The translations under genes were made by a program, and so were the position numbers. Shown piece after piece: positions 1 through 9,371 of a DNA stretch of 25,735 nt (position 1 is its first letter; each line of letters begins with the position of its first letter). Origin of the DNA: Myxococcota bacterium. Its GTDB lineage: Bacteria; Myxococcota; JACRCW01. The notes under the pieces are model-generated. The model was not told the DNA's origin. It worked only from the letters and a program-made list of their open reading frames with translations, and ran no database searches. The DNA is taken from the NCBI GenBank assembly GCA_040752415.1, contig JBFMGU010000155.1, forward strand, positions 1-25,735. The letters are read 5' to 3'.

Positions 1-270
1 CGCGGGGATGGCGGCCGCGGGCGGAGTCACGACGGGCGCACGGGGCGCGGCCGGGGCCGGCGCGGCGGGCGCGGCGAGGGGGCCTTCCTGGAAGACCGAG
101 GCGGGACTGACGTCCAGGGGCGGCACCTCGCGACGCGCCACCGGGAGACGCTCCGCGACGAAGGCCGGCGGCGGCACGTACTTGCCGGGGTCCTTGGGCA
201 GGACCGCCTGACAGTGGGTGCAGCTGGCTGCCGTGTCGGGGTTCACCGTCCGGCAGTACGGACAAAACAT
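1..270 (-). CDS. Zinc-ribbon domain protein, N-terminal part (runs off the left edge)
   Basis: Not in the ORF track. Manual translation from the ATG at 270 gives MFCPYCRTVNPDTAASCTHCQAVL followed by a Pro/Ala-rich linker. The frame is open to base 1, has GC-rich third positions and a CxxC-x10-CxxC zinc ribbon. Confidence 0.8.
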   Translation of the reverse strand, partial: MFCPYCRTVNPDTAASCTHCQAVLPKDPGKYVPPPAFVAERLPVARREVPPLDVSPASVFQEGPLAAPAAPAPAAPRAPVVTPPAAAIPA

Positions 271-487
271 GGCGCGCGTCTCTACCTGCTTTGGAGCGTC
301 GCGTCACGGGTGAAGCACACCGTGCTCCACCCGGGAAGCCCTCCCCCCGCCCGCCTGTTGCCAGGGCGTGGCCCAAGGCGGGTCCACCCTCAGGCGCTCC
401 GACGGGGCCGGGTGCGCCAGCACAAGCGCTGCGTTACAAGGCCCACCGGTCGCAGCGCTTGCGGCCGAGAGAGGCCCGGGAGGCCAC

Positions 488-1675
488 GTGATCGAGCTGC
501 TCGAGTTCAGCTGTGCACGCTGCAACGCCGTCAACCGCCTCAAGTTCGAGCGGATCCTGAGCCTGGGCACCTCACCCAAGTGCGGGGGCTGCCATGAGCC
601 GCTGCTGCGCATGCTCAACGAGCCGCTCACCGGCCTGGACCCCGCCGCCTACACCCACCCGCTGGACAAGGAGGCGCTGGCCGCGCTGCAACGCATCCCC
701 GGCATCAAGACCATGCTGAAGGGTCTCATCAAGAACAGCGTGGAGCTGGCCACCCGCCTCAACCACCACGCCACCTTCATCAAGGTCACCGAGACGCAGG
801 CCCCCAGCCTCTACAAGCGCTTCCGCACCGCCGGCGACCGCCTGGGCATGGCGGAGGTCCCCGACCTGTTCATCTTCCAGAACCCGCTCCCCAACGCGTA
901 CACCTTCGGCGTGGAGAAGGCCTTCGTGGCCATCAGCACCGGCGCCCTCGAGCTGCTCAACGAGGAGGAACAGCTGGGCGTGCTGGGCCATGAGCTGGGC
1001 CACGTGCACGCGCACCACGTGCTCTACAAGACGGCGGCGCGGGTGTTCTCGTCGCTGGCGGCCAACGTGGCGGGCGCCACCCTGGGGATCGGCGGCCTGC
1101 TCATGTATCCCATCGAGATGGCGCTGCGTCGCTGGGACCGCGCCAGTGAGCTCACCGCCGACCGCGCGCAGATGCTGGTGGTGCGCAAGCCGGAGGTGGT
1201 GATCACCACGCTGATGAAGCTGGCGGGCGGCAGCCGCTCCGTCATGAATGAGCTGTCCTTCAAGGCCTTCATCGAGCAGGCCGAGCACTTCGAGAAGCTG
1301 CGCGACGAGGGTGGGCTCAACAAGTTCTTCGTGGCCTTCGACAGCCTGTTCAAGAGCCACCCGTTCCCCGTCTACCGCGCCAAGGAAGCGCTGGAGTTCG
1401 TCAGCGGCGGGGAGTTCCTGGAGATTCTCGACGGGGACTACCCGCGCCAGTCCCTGGTGAACACCAGCCCCTGCCCACGCTGCGGCAAGCCGCTGGTGCC
1501 GGGGGAGATCATCTGTCCGCACTGCGCGTACGGCGCGGAGGAGGACCTCTCCGACGAGCAGGCGAAGTCCCTGGGCCAGCGCCTGGACAAGAGCTGGGAG
1601 GAGGCGCGCGACTGGTTCAAGCGCACTTTTGGCGGGGAAGGCGGCGGCGACGGTCCGCAGAAGCCCGCAGCCTAG
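488..1675 (+). CDS. M48 (Ste24/HtpX-like) zinc metallopeptidase with N- and C-terminal zinc ribbons
   Basis: PNAYT, HELGH (HExxH), ELTADR and SHP motifs. N-terminal CARC...CGGC and C-terminal CPRC...CPHC. Start moved to GTG 488 because GGAGG lies just upstream. Confidence 0.9.
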   Translation: MIELLEFSCARCNAVNRLKFERILSLGTSPKCGGCHEPLLRMLNEPLTGLDPAAYTHPLDKEALAALQRIPGIKTMLKGLIKNSVELATRLNHHATFIKVTETQAPSLYKRFRTAGDRLGMAEVPDLFIFQNPLPNAYTFGVEKAFVAISTGALELLNEEEQLGVLGHELGHVHAHHVLYKTAARVFSSLAANVAGATLGIGGLLMYPIEMALRRWDRASELTADRAQMLVVRKPEVVITTLMKLAGGSRSVMNELSFKAFIEQAEHFEKLRDEGGLNKFFVAFDSLFKSHPFPVYRAKEALEFVSGGEFLEILDGDYPRQSLVNTSPCPRCGKPLVPGEIICPHCAYGAEEDLSDEQAKSLGQRLDKSWEEARDWFKRTFGGEGGGDGPQKPAA

Positions 1676-1678
1676 CGC

Positions 1679-3085
1679 TCAGTCCCCCGCCCTGGCGAAC
1701 GGCAACCCAGGAGCCAGCACCCGCGTCGGGAGGGTGACGTCTGGATTCCACCCGGAAACCCTGCCAAAGCGCTGCGCCACCACGTCGAAGACGAGCATGT
1801 CCCGACCCCCGACGTAGACATGAGGCGCGCCGGGCACGGGGTGCACATACCGGAGCCGTTGCTCGCAACCCGCAGCGGTGCGCAGCAGCACGCCGCTGTG
1901 CCCGACATCCAGCCCGGCAATGAACTCGTCAAAGATGGCCGCGGTCCCCCGCGGCGCCAGCCACGCGGGTGAGTACCACACGGTTTCCAAGCGCGTCTGA
2001 TACCCGGGTTGCACCATGGTCGCTTCGCCAGTGGAGACGCGCATGACGGTGACCCCCTCGGTGTGATCCCACCCTGCCAGGCCCACGACGTCGTCACCAA
2101 CCAGGGTGAGCGGCCGCGTCGCGGTGCTGTGACCAAGGTCAACCGGCTCCTCGGTCGTCCAGGGTTTCCACAAGCGGACCATGCCGTCGCGCCGCTGCAC
2201 GGCGACAGGCTGATCGCCGCTGACCGTGACCGCGTCCGGCCCCATCCCAGTGCTCACCAGGAGGTAGCCCTCGACGCTGGCGACCAACTCCCGGGTGGAC
2301 AGGCGGTAAGCGCGGACAACGCTCAAGGGCTCGTCGCCGCCGGGCTGCTCCACACCCACCAGCAGGGTGTCATGCGCGGGCACCACCAGCAGCCCGAACA
2401 CAAGCTCCCCGGCCGCGGCGACGGATAGCTCCACGCTGGAACCCTCGAATACGTCGAGGAATCGAACCACTGTTGGCGCTTCGCCCGGCTCGGCCGAGCC
2501 AAGCAAGATGAGCGAGCCCGCAAGCGCGCCCAGCAATTGGACGTGTTCGCCAGGGACGTAGTGTGGCGGCCCCGCGTGCAGCACCCCGCCGGGCCCAATG
2601 CGCACAGGCAGGAACACGGTGCGGACCGGCGCCTCCTCCGAGCCACCTTCCAAACGCTGCACCAACACGAATGCGTCGCAGGTTAGCCCCATGAGCCCGA
2701 AACCCGACGTCGCCAAGGGAACCGGGAAGGCCTGCACCTCCTCGCTGCGTAGGTTCAGGGTGAGCAGCGACCCGCCCAACGCCTGGAACAGGATGGCATC
2801 CCACTCCGGGAGGAACGCGAGCACCTCGCTGGCCTCCTCTGGCCAGGGAAGCGCCCGGGCCACCGTCCCGTCCGTGCCCACCAGCTGCAGCTCCCGCCCG
2901 CGCTGGGCGCGCTGTATCGCCAACAGCTCGGCGGGCAGCCGGGCCTCACCCATCTCCATCTGGCGGCACTCCGGCTGCGGCCTCGCGTCATCCACCCCAG
3001 CCAGCGAGGAGCCGTCCTGGCAGCCGCAAGCCACGGCGAGGGCGATCAGCGTTAGCGGCCTGACACCTGATTCTTCGCACCACAT
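1679..3085 (-). CDS. Hypothetical lipoprotein, beta-strand rich (possibly beta-propeller)
   Basis: Long ORF with a signal-peptide/lipobox-like segment RPLTLIALAVACGC and repeated beta-strand-like motifs (VVRFLDV, VVRAYRL, MVRLWK, MLVFDV). Start is uncertain; the ORF-track extension to 3244 overlaps nadA. Confidence 0.65.
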   Translation of the reverse strand: MWCEESGVRPLTLIALAVACGCQDGSSLAGVDDARPQPECRQMEMGEARLPAELLAIQRAQRGRELQLVGTDGTVARALPWPEEASEVLAFLPEWDAILFQALGGSLLTLNLRSEEVQAFPVPLATSGFGLMGLTCDAFVLVQRLEGGSEEAPVRTVFLPVRIGPGGVLHAGPPHYVPGEHVQLLGALAGSLILLGSAEPGEAPTVVRFLDVFEGSSVELSVAAAGELVFGLLVVPAHDTLLVGVEQPGGDEPLSVVRAYRLSTRELVASVEGYLLVSTGMGPDAVTVSGDQPVAVQRRDGMVRLWKPWTTEEPVDLGHSTATRPLTLVGDDVVGLAGWDHTEGVTVMRVSTGEATMVQPGYQTRLETVWYSPAWLAPRGTAAIFDEFIAGLDVGHSGVLLRTAAGCEQRLRYVHPVPGAPHVYVGGRDMLVFDVVAQRFGRVSGWNPDVTLPTRVLAPGLPFARAGD

Positions 3086-3194
3086 CGGGCAGCCTCTTGG
3101 TTCCGCCGGGGACGGCATGCGCCCCCGCTGCATTGCCCGTGCCGGCGGCCCGAAGCGCTTGCCTCGCGGCTGCCCGAAGCGTAGGCAAGCCGGC

Positions 3195-4178
3195 ATGGCA
3201 CTTCCCGTCGTGAACACCGCCGTCACCACCCCGCCGCTGGGCAACCTCCCTCATGACCTCGAGGGGGCCATCGAGCAGCTCAAGCGGGAGCGCAACGCCA
3301 TCATCCTGGCGCACTACTACCAGGAGAGTGAGATCCAGGATCTCGCGGATGTCGTCGGGGACAGCCTGCAATTGGCGCGCGCGGCGCAGAAGGCGGACAA
3401 GGACGTCATCGTCTTCTGCGGCGTGCACTTCATGGCGGAGACGGCCAAGATCCTGAACCCCACGCGCAAGGTGGTGGTCCCGGACCTCCAGGCCGGCTGC
3501 AGCCTCTCCGACAGCTGCCCGCCCGACCAGTTCCGCCTCTTCCTGGGCAAGCACCCCGGCGCCACCGTGGTGAGCTACATCAACAGCTCCGCCGCCGTGA
3601 AAGCCATGAGCGACCTCATCTGCACCAGCAGCAACGCGGCGCAGATCGTGGCCTCCATCCCCAAGGACAAGCCGGTGGTGTTCGGCCCGGACCGGCACCT
3701 GGCGCGCTGGGTGGCGCAGAAGACGGGTCGCCACGACATGGCGGTGTGGCAGGGCACCTGCATTGTGCATGAGCTGTTCAGCGCGCGGGAGCTGGCGCGA
3801 CTCAAGGTGGAGCACCCGGACGCGGAGGTGCTGGCCCACCCGGAATGCGACGAGAGCGTCTTGCAGCAGGCCGACTACATCGGGTCCACCAAGGGGATCA
3901 TCGAGCGCGCGGTGGCCTCTCCGGCCAGGACGTTGATCATCGCCACCGAGGAGGGGGTGTTCCACCAGATCCGCAAGCGTGTGCCGGAGAAGCAGCTCAT
4001 CCAGGCGCCCGGGCAGGACCAGAGCTGCGCGTGCAACCAGTGTCCGCACATGCGTCGCAACAGCCTGGAGAAGCTCTACTTGTGCCTGCGGGACCTCTCC
4101 CCGGAAATCACCATGGACGAGGGGCTGCGGACCCAGGCGCTGCGTCCCATCCAACGCATGCTGGAGCTGAGCGCCTGA
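3195..4178 (+). CDS. nadA: Quinolinate synthase A
   Basis: ILAHYYQ, GDSLQL, VFCGVHFMAETAKIL, AGCSL, YINSSA, CIVH, AHPEC and CPHM motifs, including the three Fe-S cysteines. Start set at ATG 3195 (MALPVV). Confidence 0.97.
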   Translation: MALPVVNTAVTTPPLGNLPHDLEGAIEQLKRERNAIILAHYYQESEIQDLADVVGDSLQLARAAQKADKDVIVFCGVHFMAETAKILNPTRKVVVPDLQAGCSLSDSCPPDQFRLFLGKHPGATVVSYINSSAAVKAMSDLICTSSNAAQIVASIPKDKPVVFGPDRHLARWVAQKTGRHDMAVWQGTCIVHELFSARELARLKVEHPDAEVLAHPECDESVLQQADYIGSTKGIIERAVASPARTLIIATEEGVFHQIRKRVPEKQLIQAPGQDQSCACNQCPHMRRNSLEKLYLCLRDLSPEITMDEGLRTQALRPIQRMLELSA

Positions 4179-4236
4179 TCCGCGCTGGCCGGTTGCTTGG
4201 AGCCCCGGGGGAAACCCGCTTAGTCTTCCAGGCCCG

Positions 4237-5031
4237 ATGGTTGTCACCGCGCTGAGCATTGCCGGGTCGGACCCTTCCGGTGGCGCAGGGATCCAGGCCG
4301 ATCTCAAGGCGTTCTTCGCCCGTGGCGTGTACGGCTGCGCGGTGCCCACGGCGCTGACGGTGCAGACCGCCCGTGGCGTGCGCGGCACCAAGCCGGTGGA
4401 TCCCGGGCAGGTGGCCAACCAGGTTGACGCGGTGCTCGAGGACGCCGGCGTGCGCGCGGTGAAGCTGGGCATGCTGGTGAACGCGCCCATTGTGCGGGCG
4501 GTGGCCAAGAGCCTGGCGCGCTACCCGGACCTGCCCGTGGTGCTGGACCCCGTCATCACCTCAAGCTCCGGCAGCCGCCTCCTCGACGACCACGGCCTGT
4601 GGGCCATCACCGAGGTGCTCCTGCCGCGTGCCCGCCTGGTGACGCCCAACGCCGACGAGGCGAGCTTCCTGAGCCGCATGCCGGTGCGCAACGAGGCGGA
4701 AGCGCGCGAGGCCGCGTTGGCCATCCAGGCGCTGGGCGCGCAGGCGGTGCTGGTGAAGGGCGGTCACCTCTCGGCGGGGCCGGCGGCGGACGTGCTCTTC
4801 GACGGCGTGGAGTTCCACATCTTCGAGTCGCCGCGGCTGGACATTCCGCGCACCCACGGGACGGGCTGCCTGCTCTCCGCGGTGATCACGGCGGAGCTGG
4901 CCAAGGGTGCTTCCACGTTTGACGCGGTGGCCGCCGCCAAGAGCGCCATGGTGCGCGCGCTGGAGCGGGGCTTCATGGCGGCGGGGAACGTGCTGCTGCC
5001 CGACCCATTCGCGCTGGCTGACGTCGACTGA
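4237..5031 (+). CDS. thiD: Hydroxymethylpyrimidine/phosphomethylpyrimidine kinase
   Basis: LSIAGSDPSGGAGIQADLK, VKLGML, VLDPV, TPN, LVKGGH and THGTGC motifs. Confidence 0.96.
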   Translation: MVVTALSIAGSDPSGGAGIQADLKAFFARGVYGCAVPTALTVQTARGVRGTKPVDPGQVANQVDAVLEDAGVRAVKLGMLVNAPIVRAVAKSLARYPDLPVVLDPVITSSSGSRLLDDHGLWAITEVLLPRARLVTPNADEASFLSRMPVRNEAEAREAALAIQALGAQAVLVKGGHLSAGPAADVLFDGVEFHIFESPRLDIPRTHGTGCLLSAVITAELAKGASTFDAVAAAKSAMVRALERGFMAAGNVLLPDPFALADVD

Positions 5032-5748
5032 TCAGCGCAGCACGCGCGCCCTCCCCTCCAGGATCTCCTCCACCCACGACGCAAACCTCCCCTGCGGGTC
5101 ATGCACCGCGCGCGTCTCCTCCTGCGGCGTGGCGGGCTGACGGGTGTGCACCGTCAACGCGCGGTCCGGCGGTGCGCCGGCTTGGGCGGAGAGCAGGATG
5201 CGTCGCTGCAGGTGCAGGGAGCGTGGCTGGAGCCGCTGGGCCACGACGAGCGGGAGGACCATTATCTGCACACCGTCGGGCGCAAGCACACGGTCGGCCT
5301 CGTCGAGAACCTCCTGCGCACCGCCGTGCGCGGCGTGACGGCTGAGCTGTTTGTGCCCCAGCGGGCTGGGCCGACCGGTGCCCGGCGTGGTGAAGGGCGG
5401 ATTGCACGTGAGCAGCGCCACGGAATGATCCCGCAACGGCAGCTCCCGGAAGTCCGCGCGCACCACCTCCGCCGTCACGCCATTCTCGACGACATTCCTC
5501 CGCAGCACGGGAATCCACGCCGCCTGCCGCTCGACCAGCACCACGCGCGCGCCGCTCGCCTTGCCCACGTACAGGCCCACGATCCCCGAGCCCGCGCCCA
5601 CGTCGAGGACGAGGCCATCCCGCACCACGCCCGCGGCGAGCGCGCCGAGCAGCACGCTGTCCAGGTTGTAGCGGTATCCCCGTCGGGGCTGCCAGAGCTG
5701 CAGGAAGCCGCGGCACACGCCGTCACGGGTGAGGTCTTCCATGCTCAC
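5032..5748 (-). CDS. SAM-dependent N6-adenine methyltransferase, tRNA1(Val) A37 (YfiC/TrmM) family
   Basis: QPRRGYRYNLDSVLL, VLDVGAGSG (motif I) and NPPF (motif IV). The GTG start overlaps the stop of the upstream gene; ATG 5742 is an alternative start. Confidence 0.85.
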   Translation of the reverse strand: MSMEDLTRDGVCRGFLQLWQPRRGYRYNLDSVLLGALAAGVVRDGLVLDVGAGSGIVGLYVGKASGARVVLVERQAAWIPVLRRNVVENGVTAEVVRADFRELPLRDHSVALLTCNPPFTTPGTGRPSPLGHKQLSRHAAHGGAQEVLDEADRVLAPDGVQIMVLPLVVAQRLQPRSLHLQRRILLSAQAGAPPDRALTVHTRQPATPQEETRAVHDPQGRFASWVEEILEGRARVLR

Positions 5749-6890
5749 AACGCGTTGGGGCTGAGGCGCAGGATGCGCGCCTGATCCGGAGTGACGACGG
5801 TGGCACGGGACAGCGGCGTGTGGTGCATCAGGTAGTCCGCCGTTTCGCCGGGCTCGTCGGTGGTGTCGCTGATGGGGTCGGCCACGTAGGTTCCGTCGGG
5901 GGCGGCGCGCTCCAGCGGGTGGAACAGCCCCAGCGCGTGACCCATCTCGTGCGCGATCAGCGTGCCGATGTGCAGGTGCTCGTCGGGATCGTCGTTGCGC
6001 CAGTGGCCCTGCACCAGGATCAGTGAGGCCAGGGACACACGACCACCCGCCACCGGCACGCTGGTCACCATGCTGGCAATGGGCACAAGCACGTCGTCAC
6101 CGTAGGCCGCGTCCAGGGTGTCCAACATGAACACGTCGAGTCCGTCGCGCGGCTCCAGGACGCCGAGGAGATCCCACAACGCGCCCGAGCGCAACGTGAC
6201 CGCATCCACGACGAGCTCCGCGCGCGGGGACGTCGCCAGCTCCACCTCGACCTCCAGGCCCGCGGGCCCCAGCAAGTACGCCACGCGCTGGATGCTGCGC
6301 TGCACGAACACCGTGTTCTCCGCGCCCACCCCGTCGGGAAGGTGCAGCCGGACGTGCAGCGTGACGGTGTCGGGCTCGGGCCCCAGGCGGAAGCGCGCCT
6401 CGGCCTCGACGGTCCCGGTCCAGGGCATTCCTCCGTCGGGAGTGCGCTGCGTGGCGCGCAGGGTGACGACGTGCTCCCCCGGAGGCCAGAGGGGGTTGGA
6501 GGAGTTGGGACAACCGAACGCGGCCGCGCCGTACCCCGCGCGCGTGCGACATGGTCCGACGACGCCGAGGCCCGTTCCCTCCGTCCACAACAGCTCCGCC
6601 TCCGTAAGAGGGCGACCCGCATCCGCACCCACCAGCACCACGCCCGACGCTTGCCAGCCTTCCACCTCGAGACGCACGTCGAGCGGCGCGTTGGAGAGGT
6701 GCAGCCAGCCGGAGATGGAGTCAGACGGAGTGGGGAGTGTGAGGGTGGCGCTTCCGTCGGTGAAGGTCACCGCGGGGAGCCCGGTCAGGACGGTGGGAGC
6801 GCGCGGAACGGAGGCATCCGACGACGACGGCGTTGCCGGCTCACCGGTGCATCCCAGCAACGCCATGAGGACGAGACCCTGCTTCCGCAC
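5745..6890 (-). CDS. Zincin metalloprotease lipoprotein (metzincin, M43-like C-terminal domain)
   Basis: Signal peptide/lipobox MRKQGLVLMALLGC; HEMGHALGLFH (HExxHxxGxxH); DPISDT; Met-turn YLM. Confidence 0.8.
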   Translation of the reverse strand: MRKQGLVLMALLGCTGEPATPSSSDASVPRAPTVLTGLPAVTFTDGSATLTLPTPSDSISGWLHLSNAPLDVRLEVEGWQASGVVLVGADAGRPLTEAELLWTEGTGLGVVGPCRTRAGYGAAAFGCPNSSNPLWPPGEHVVTLRATQRTPDGGMPWTGTVEAEARFRLGPEPDTVTLHVRLHLPDGVGAENTVFVQRSIQRVAYLLGPAGLEVEVELATSPRAELVVDAVTLRSGALWDLLGVLEPRDGLDVFMLDTLDAAYGDDVLVPIASMVTSVPVAGGRVSLASLILVQGHWRNDDPDEHLHIGTLIAHEMGHALGLFHPLERAAPDGTYVADPISDTTDEPGETADYLMHHTPLSRATVVTPDQARILRLSPNAL

Positions 6891-6911
6891 GCAGGGCCTC
6901 TTAGCACGGGC

Positions 6912-8396
6912 CTAGCGACCCAACATCGCGTGGAAGGGACAGCCACCCGCGCGCGCCGCGGCCGCCAGCGACTGCTCCGACGACGACGTGCTCACCGTAG
7001 GAACCCGTTGCGCCACCTCGCCGTTCGTCGGCGTGAGCAGCATCTTCATGCCGTGCTTGGGACGCAGCGTCACCAGCGGCTCCAGCTCCACGCGCGCGTT
7101 GGGCGAGATCGCGAAGCGCACGCGCGGCAACAGCGTGGCCAGCACCAGCTCCGCTTCCATCATGGCGAACCCGTCGCCAATGCACTTGCGCTGCCCGGCG
7201 CTGAACGGGAAGTACGCGTACTTCGGCATTCCCTCCATGCGCTCGGGGAGGAAGCGGTCGGGGTCGAAGCGCTCCGGGTCCTTCCACAGGCCAGGGTGAC
7301 GATGCGTCAGGTAGGGACTGATGAACACGTAGCTGCCGCGCGGGACGGTGTAGCCGCCCACCACGTCGTCATGGAGCGCGTAGCGGCCCATGATCCACGC
7401 CGGGGGATACAGCCGGATGGCCTCCTTCAGCACCCGCTCCAGGTAGGGCAGTCGACGCAGGTCCTCCAGCACCGGCGTGCGCTCTCCCAGCACCTCGGCC
7501 AGCTCGGCACGCACGCGCGCTTCCACCTCAGGGTGCTGGGTGAGCAGGTAGAGCGTCCAGGTCAGCGCCATGGCGGTGGTCTCGTGGCCCGCCAGGAACA
7601 TGGTCATGACCTCGTCGCGGAGCTGCTGGTCGTCCATGGCGCCACCCGTGACGTCGTCACGCGCGTGCATGAACATGCTCACCAGGTCCATCTTCTGCTC
7701 ACCCTGGCGACGTTGCTTGATGACGTCCAACACCACCCCGTCCAGCACCTTCACCGCGTGTGCGAACTCGCGATTGGCGCGCGTGGGGATGAAGCGCGGC
7801 GCCGAGAAGAGATGCGTGATGCGGTAGTTGGTGTACTCCAGCGCCACCGTCAGCGCGCGACCCACCTCGTCGCTGTCACCGCTGAGATCCACGCTGAGCA
7901 GCGTCTGGCCCACCACCGTCAGGGTCAGGCGCATCATCTCCGCCGCCACGTCGACGTCCTGGCCCGCGGCCATGGGCGCCTGCCACCGCGCCAGCGTGTC
8001 CTCCGCCGCGCGCGTCATCACGGAGGCAAACGCCGCAATGCGCTCCTTGTGGAACGCGGGCTGCGCAATCCGACGCTGCCGCAGCCAGAAGTCGCCCTCG
8101 CTGGTGACCAGGCCGTTGCCCAGCAGCATGCGCAGCATCTCGTAGCCGCGCGTGTTCTTCGAGTAGTTGCGGTTGTTGTCGACGAGGATGTGCTGCACGT
8201 CGGCGGGATTGCGCACCACCACCAGGCTCTTGAGGTGGCTGGCCAGCCGCACCACGTCCCCGTGTTGTTCCACCGCGCGCGTCAACGCGCCCAGCTGGTC
8301 CTTCTCCAACTCCGGCAGCGCCCCCAGGAGCGGATGGCTCCCGTACGACGGCATCTTCTGGCTCTTCAGCGGCAACGGTGCAGACACGGCAACCAT
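6912..8396 (-). CDS. Cytochrome P450
   Basis: AGHETT I-helix, EAIR (ExxR), PERF/PDRF meander and heme loop FSAGQRKCIG. GGAGGT RBS lies upstream of ATG 8396. Confidence 0.97.
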   Translation of the reverse strand: MVAVSAPLPLKSQKMPSYGSHPLLGALPELEKDQLGALTRAVEQHGDVVRLASHLKSLVVVRNPADVQHILVDNNRNYSKNTRGYEMLRMLLGNGLVTSEGDFWLRQRRIAQPAFHKERIAAFASVMTRAAEDTLARWQAPMAAGQDVDVAAEMMRLTLTVVGQTLLSVDLSGDSDEVGRALTVALEYTNYRITHLFSAPRFIPTRANREFAHAVKVLDGVVLDVIKQRRQGEQKMDLVSMFMHARDDVTGGAMDDQQLRDEVMTMFLAGHETTAMALTWTLYLLTQHPEVEARVRAELAEVLGERTPVLEDLRRLPYLERVLKEAIRLYPPAWIMGRYALHDDVVGGYTVPRGSYVFISPYLTHRHPGLWKDPERFDPDRFLPERMEGMPKYAYFPFSAGQRKCIGDGFAMMEAELVLATLLPRVRFAISPNARVELEPLVTLRPKHGMKMLLTPTNGEVAQRVPTVSTSSSEQSLAAAARAGGCPFHAMLGR

Positions 8397-8451
8397 GATG
8401 ACCTCCGGGCGAAATTCGCGGCGGGACCACACCGCGGCAGGCACCGGAAAA

Positions 8452-8657
8452 ATATGAGCAACCACTCAGGTTCACTACTCGCTTTGCGCGGCAGCCCGGG
8501 GGGGGCGCAACCCATGGAAAAGCCGGAAGGTTTTCCGCTCCCAGGCGATGGCGTGGCGCCTGATCTGAGCAACCGCTCACATTCGGCCGGACCCAGCAAC
8601 GCCCGTGGGTAGCGGGCCGGCGTCCCCTCGGGATAGTATCCGAGCAATTGCTCACAT
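8452..8657. promoter_or_regulatory. Three 20-bp palindromic operators (ATnTGAGC-N4-GCTCAnAT) in the divergent P450/TetR promoter region
   Basis: 8452-8471 ATATGAGCAACCACTCAGGT; 8563-8582 ATCTGAGCAACCGCTCACAT; 8638-8657 ATCCGAGCAATTGCTCACAT. The third site overlaps a TAGTAT -10-like hexamer and abuts the tetR RBS. Confidence 0.8.
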
Positions 8658-8666
8658 GGAGGGATC

Positions 8667-9314
8667 ATGGTTGCGCGTGCCCGACTGCATCCTCGTCGAC
8701 AACCCATGCAGGCCCGGGCCCAGGCCACGGTGGAGTCCATCCTGCGCGCCACCGAGCGCGTGCTGGTGAAGGAGGGCTACGACGGCGCGAACACCAACCG
8801 CATTGCCGAGGTGGCGGGGGTGAGCGTGGGCTCGCTCTACCAGTACTTTCCCAGCAAGGAGGCGCTGGTGATGGCGCTGGTGGATGAGCACTGCGACCAG
8901 ATGCTGGGCCTGATGGCGCAACACGTCTCCGAGAGCCAGGACGCGTCATTGGAAGTGGCCACCCGGGCTTTCGTGCGCGCCATGCTGCACGCGCACGCGC
9001 TGCAACCGGAGCTGCACCGCGTGATGGTGGAGCAGCTTCCGCGCATCCAGGGCTTTGACAAGGTCCGGCAGATGAGCGCCATGGCGCAGGCGCTGGTGAT
9101 GGAGTTCCTGCAGCGGCACCGCGCCCGGCTGCGTCCGGCGAATCTCGAGCTGGCGTCGTTCCTCGTGGTGTACGCGGTGGAGGCGGCCACGCACGCGGCC
9201 ATCCTGGAGAAGCCGCACGCGCTGCAGGACGGAGAGCTGGCGGAGGAGATCAGTCAGCTGGTGCTGCGCTACCTGCTCGCCGGGGACGTGGCGCCGCCGG
9301 AGTCGGTGCAGTGA
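8667..9314 (+). CDS. TetR/AcrR family transcriptional regulator
   Basis: HTH segment NTNRIAEVAGVSVGSLYQYFPSKEAL; GGAGG RBS; divergent from the P450 gene. Confidence 0.95.
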   Translation: MVARARLHPRRQPMQARAQATVESILRATERVLVKEGYDGANTNRIAEVAGVSVGSLYQYFPSKEALVMALVDEHCDQMLGLMAQHVSESQDASLEVATRAFVRAMLHAHALQPELHRVMVEQLPRIQGFDKVRQMSAMAQALVMEFLQRHRARLRPANLELASFLVVYAVEAATHAAILEKPHALQDGELAEEISQLVLRYLLAGDVAPPESVQ

Positions 9315-9371
9315 TGGGCTGACGCGGCGTCCACTTGCAGTCGGGTCGGCGCGAGCCGCATAAGCCTCACC

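Noticed and set aside
423..461. 11-bp inverted repeat CAAGCGCTGCG/CGCAGCGCTTG upstream of the M48 gene
   Set aside because: A single instance with a 17-nt loop in GC-rich DNA; no function can be supported.
3086..4236. NAD+ riboswitch before nadA or TPP riboswitch before thiD
   Set aside because: No recognisable conserved aptamer motifs; the thiD leader is only 58 bp.
6342..8612. 756-aa + strand ORF and similar long ORFs (572-1522, 2988-4508, 11455-12729, 12332-14002, 19062-20015, 21270-22859, 24436-25623)
   Set aside because: Antisense shadows of well-supported genes, expected in high-GC DNA; they have no motifs and are Arg/His/Gly-rich.
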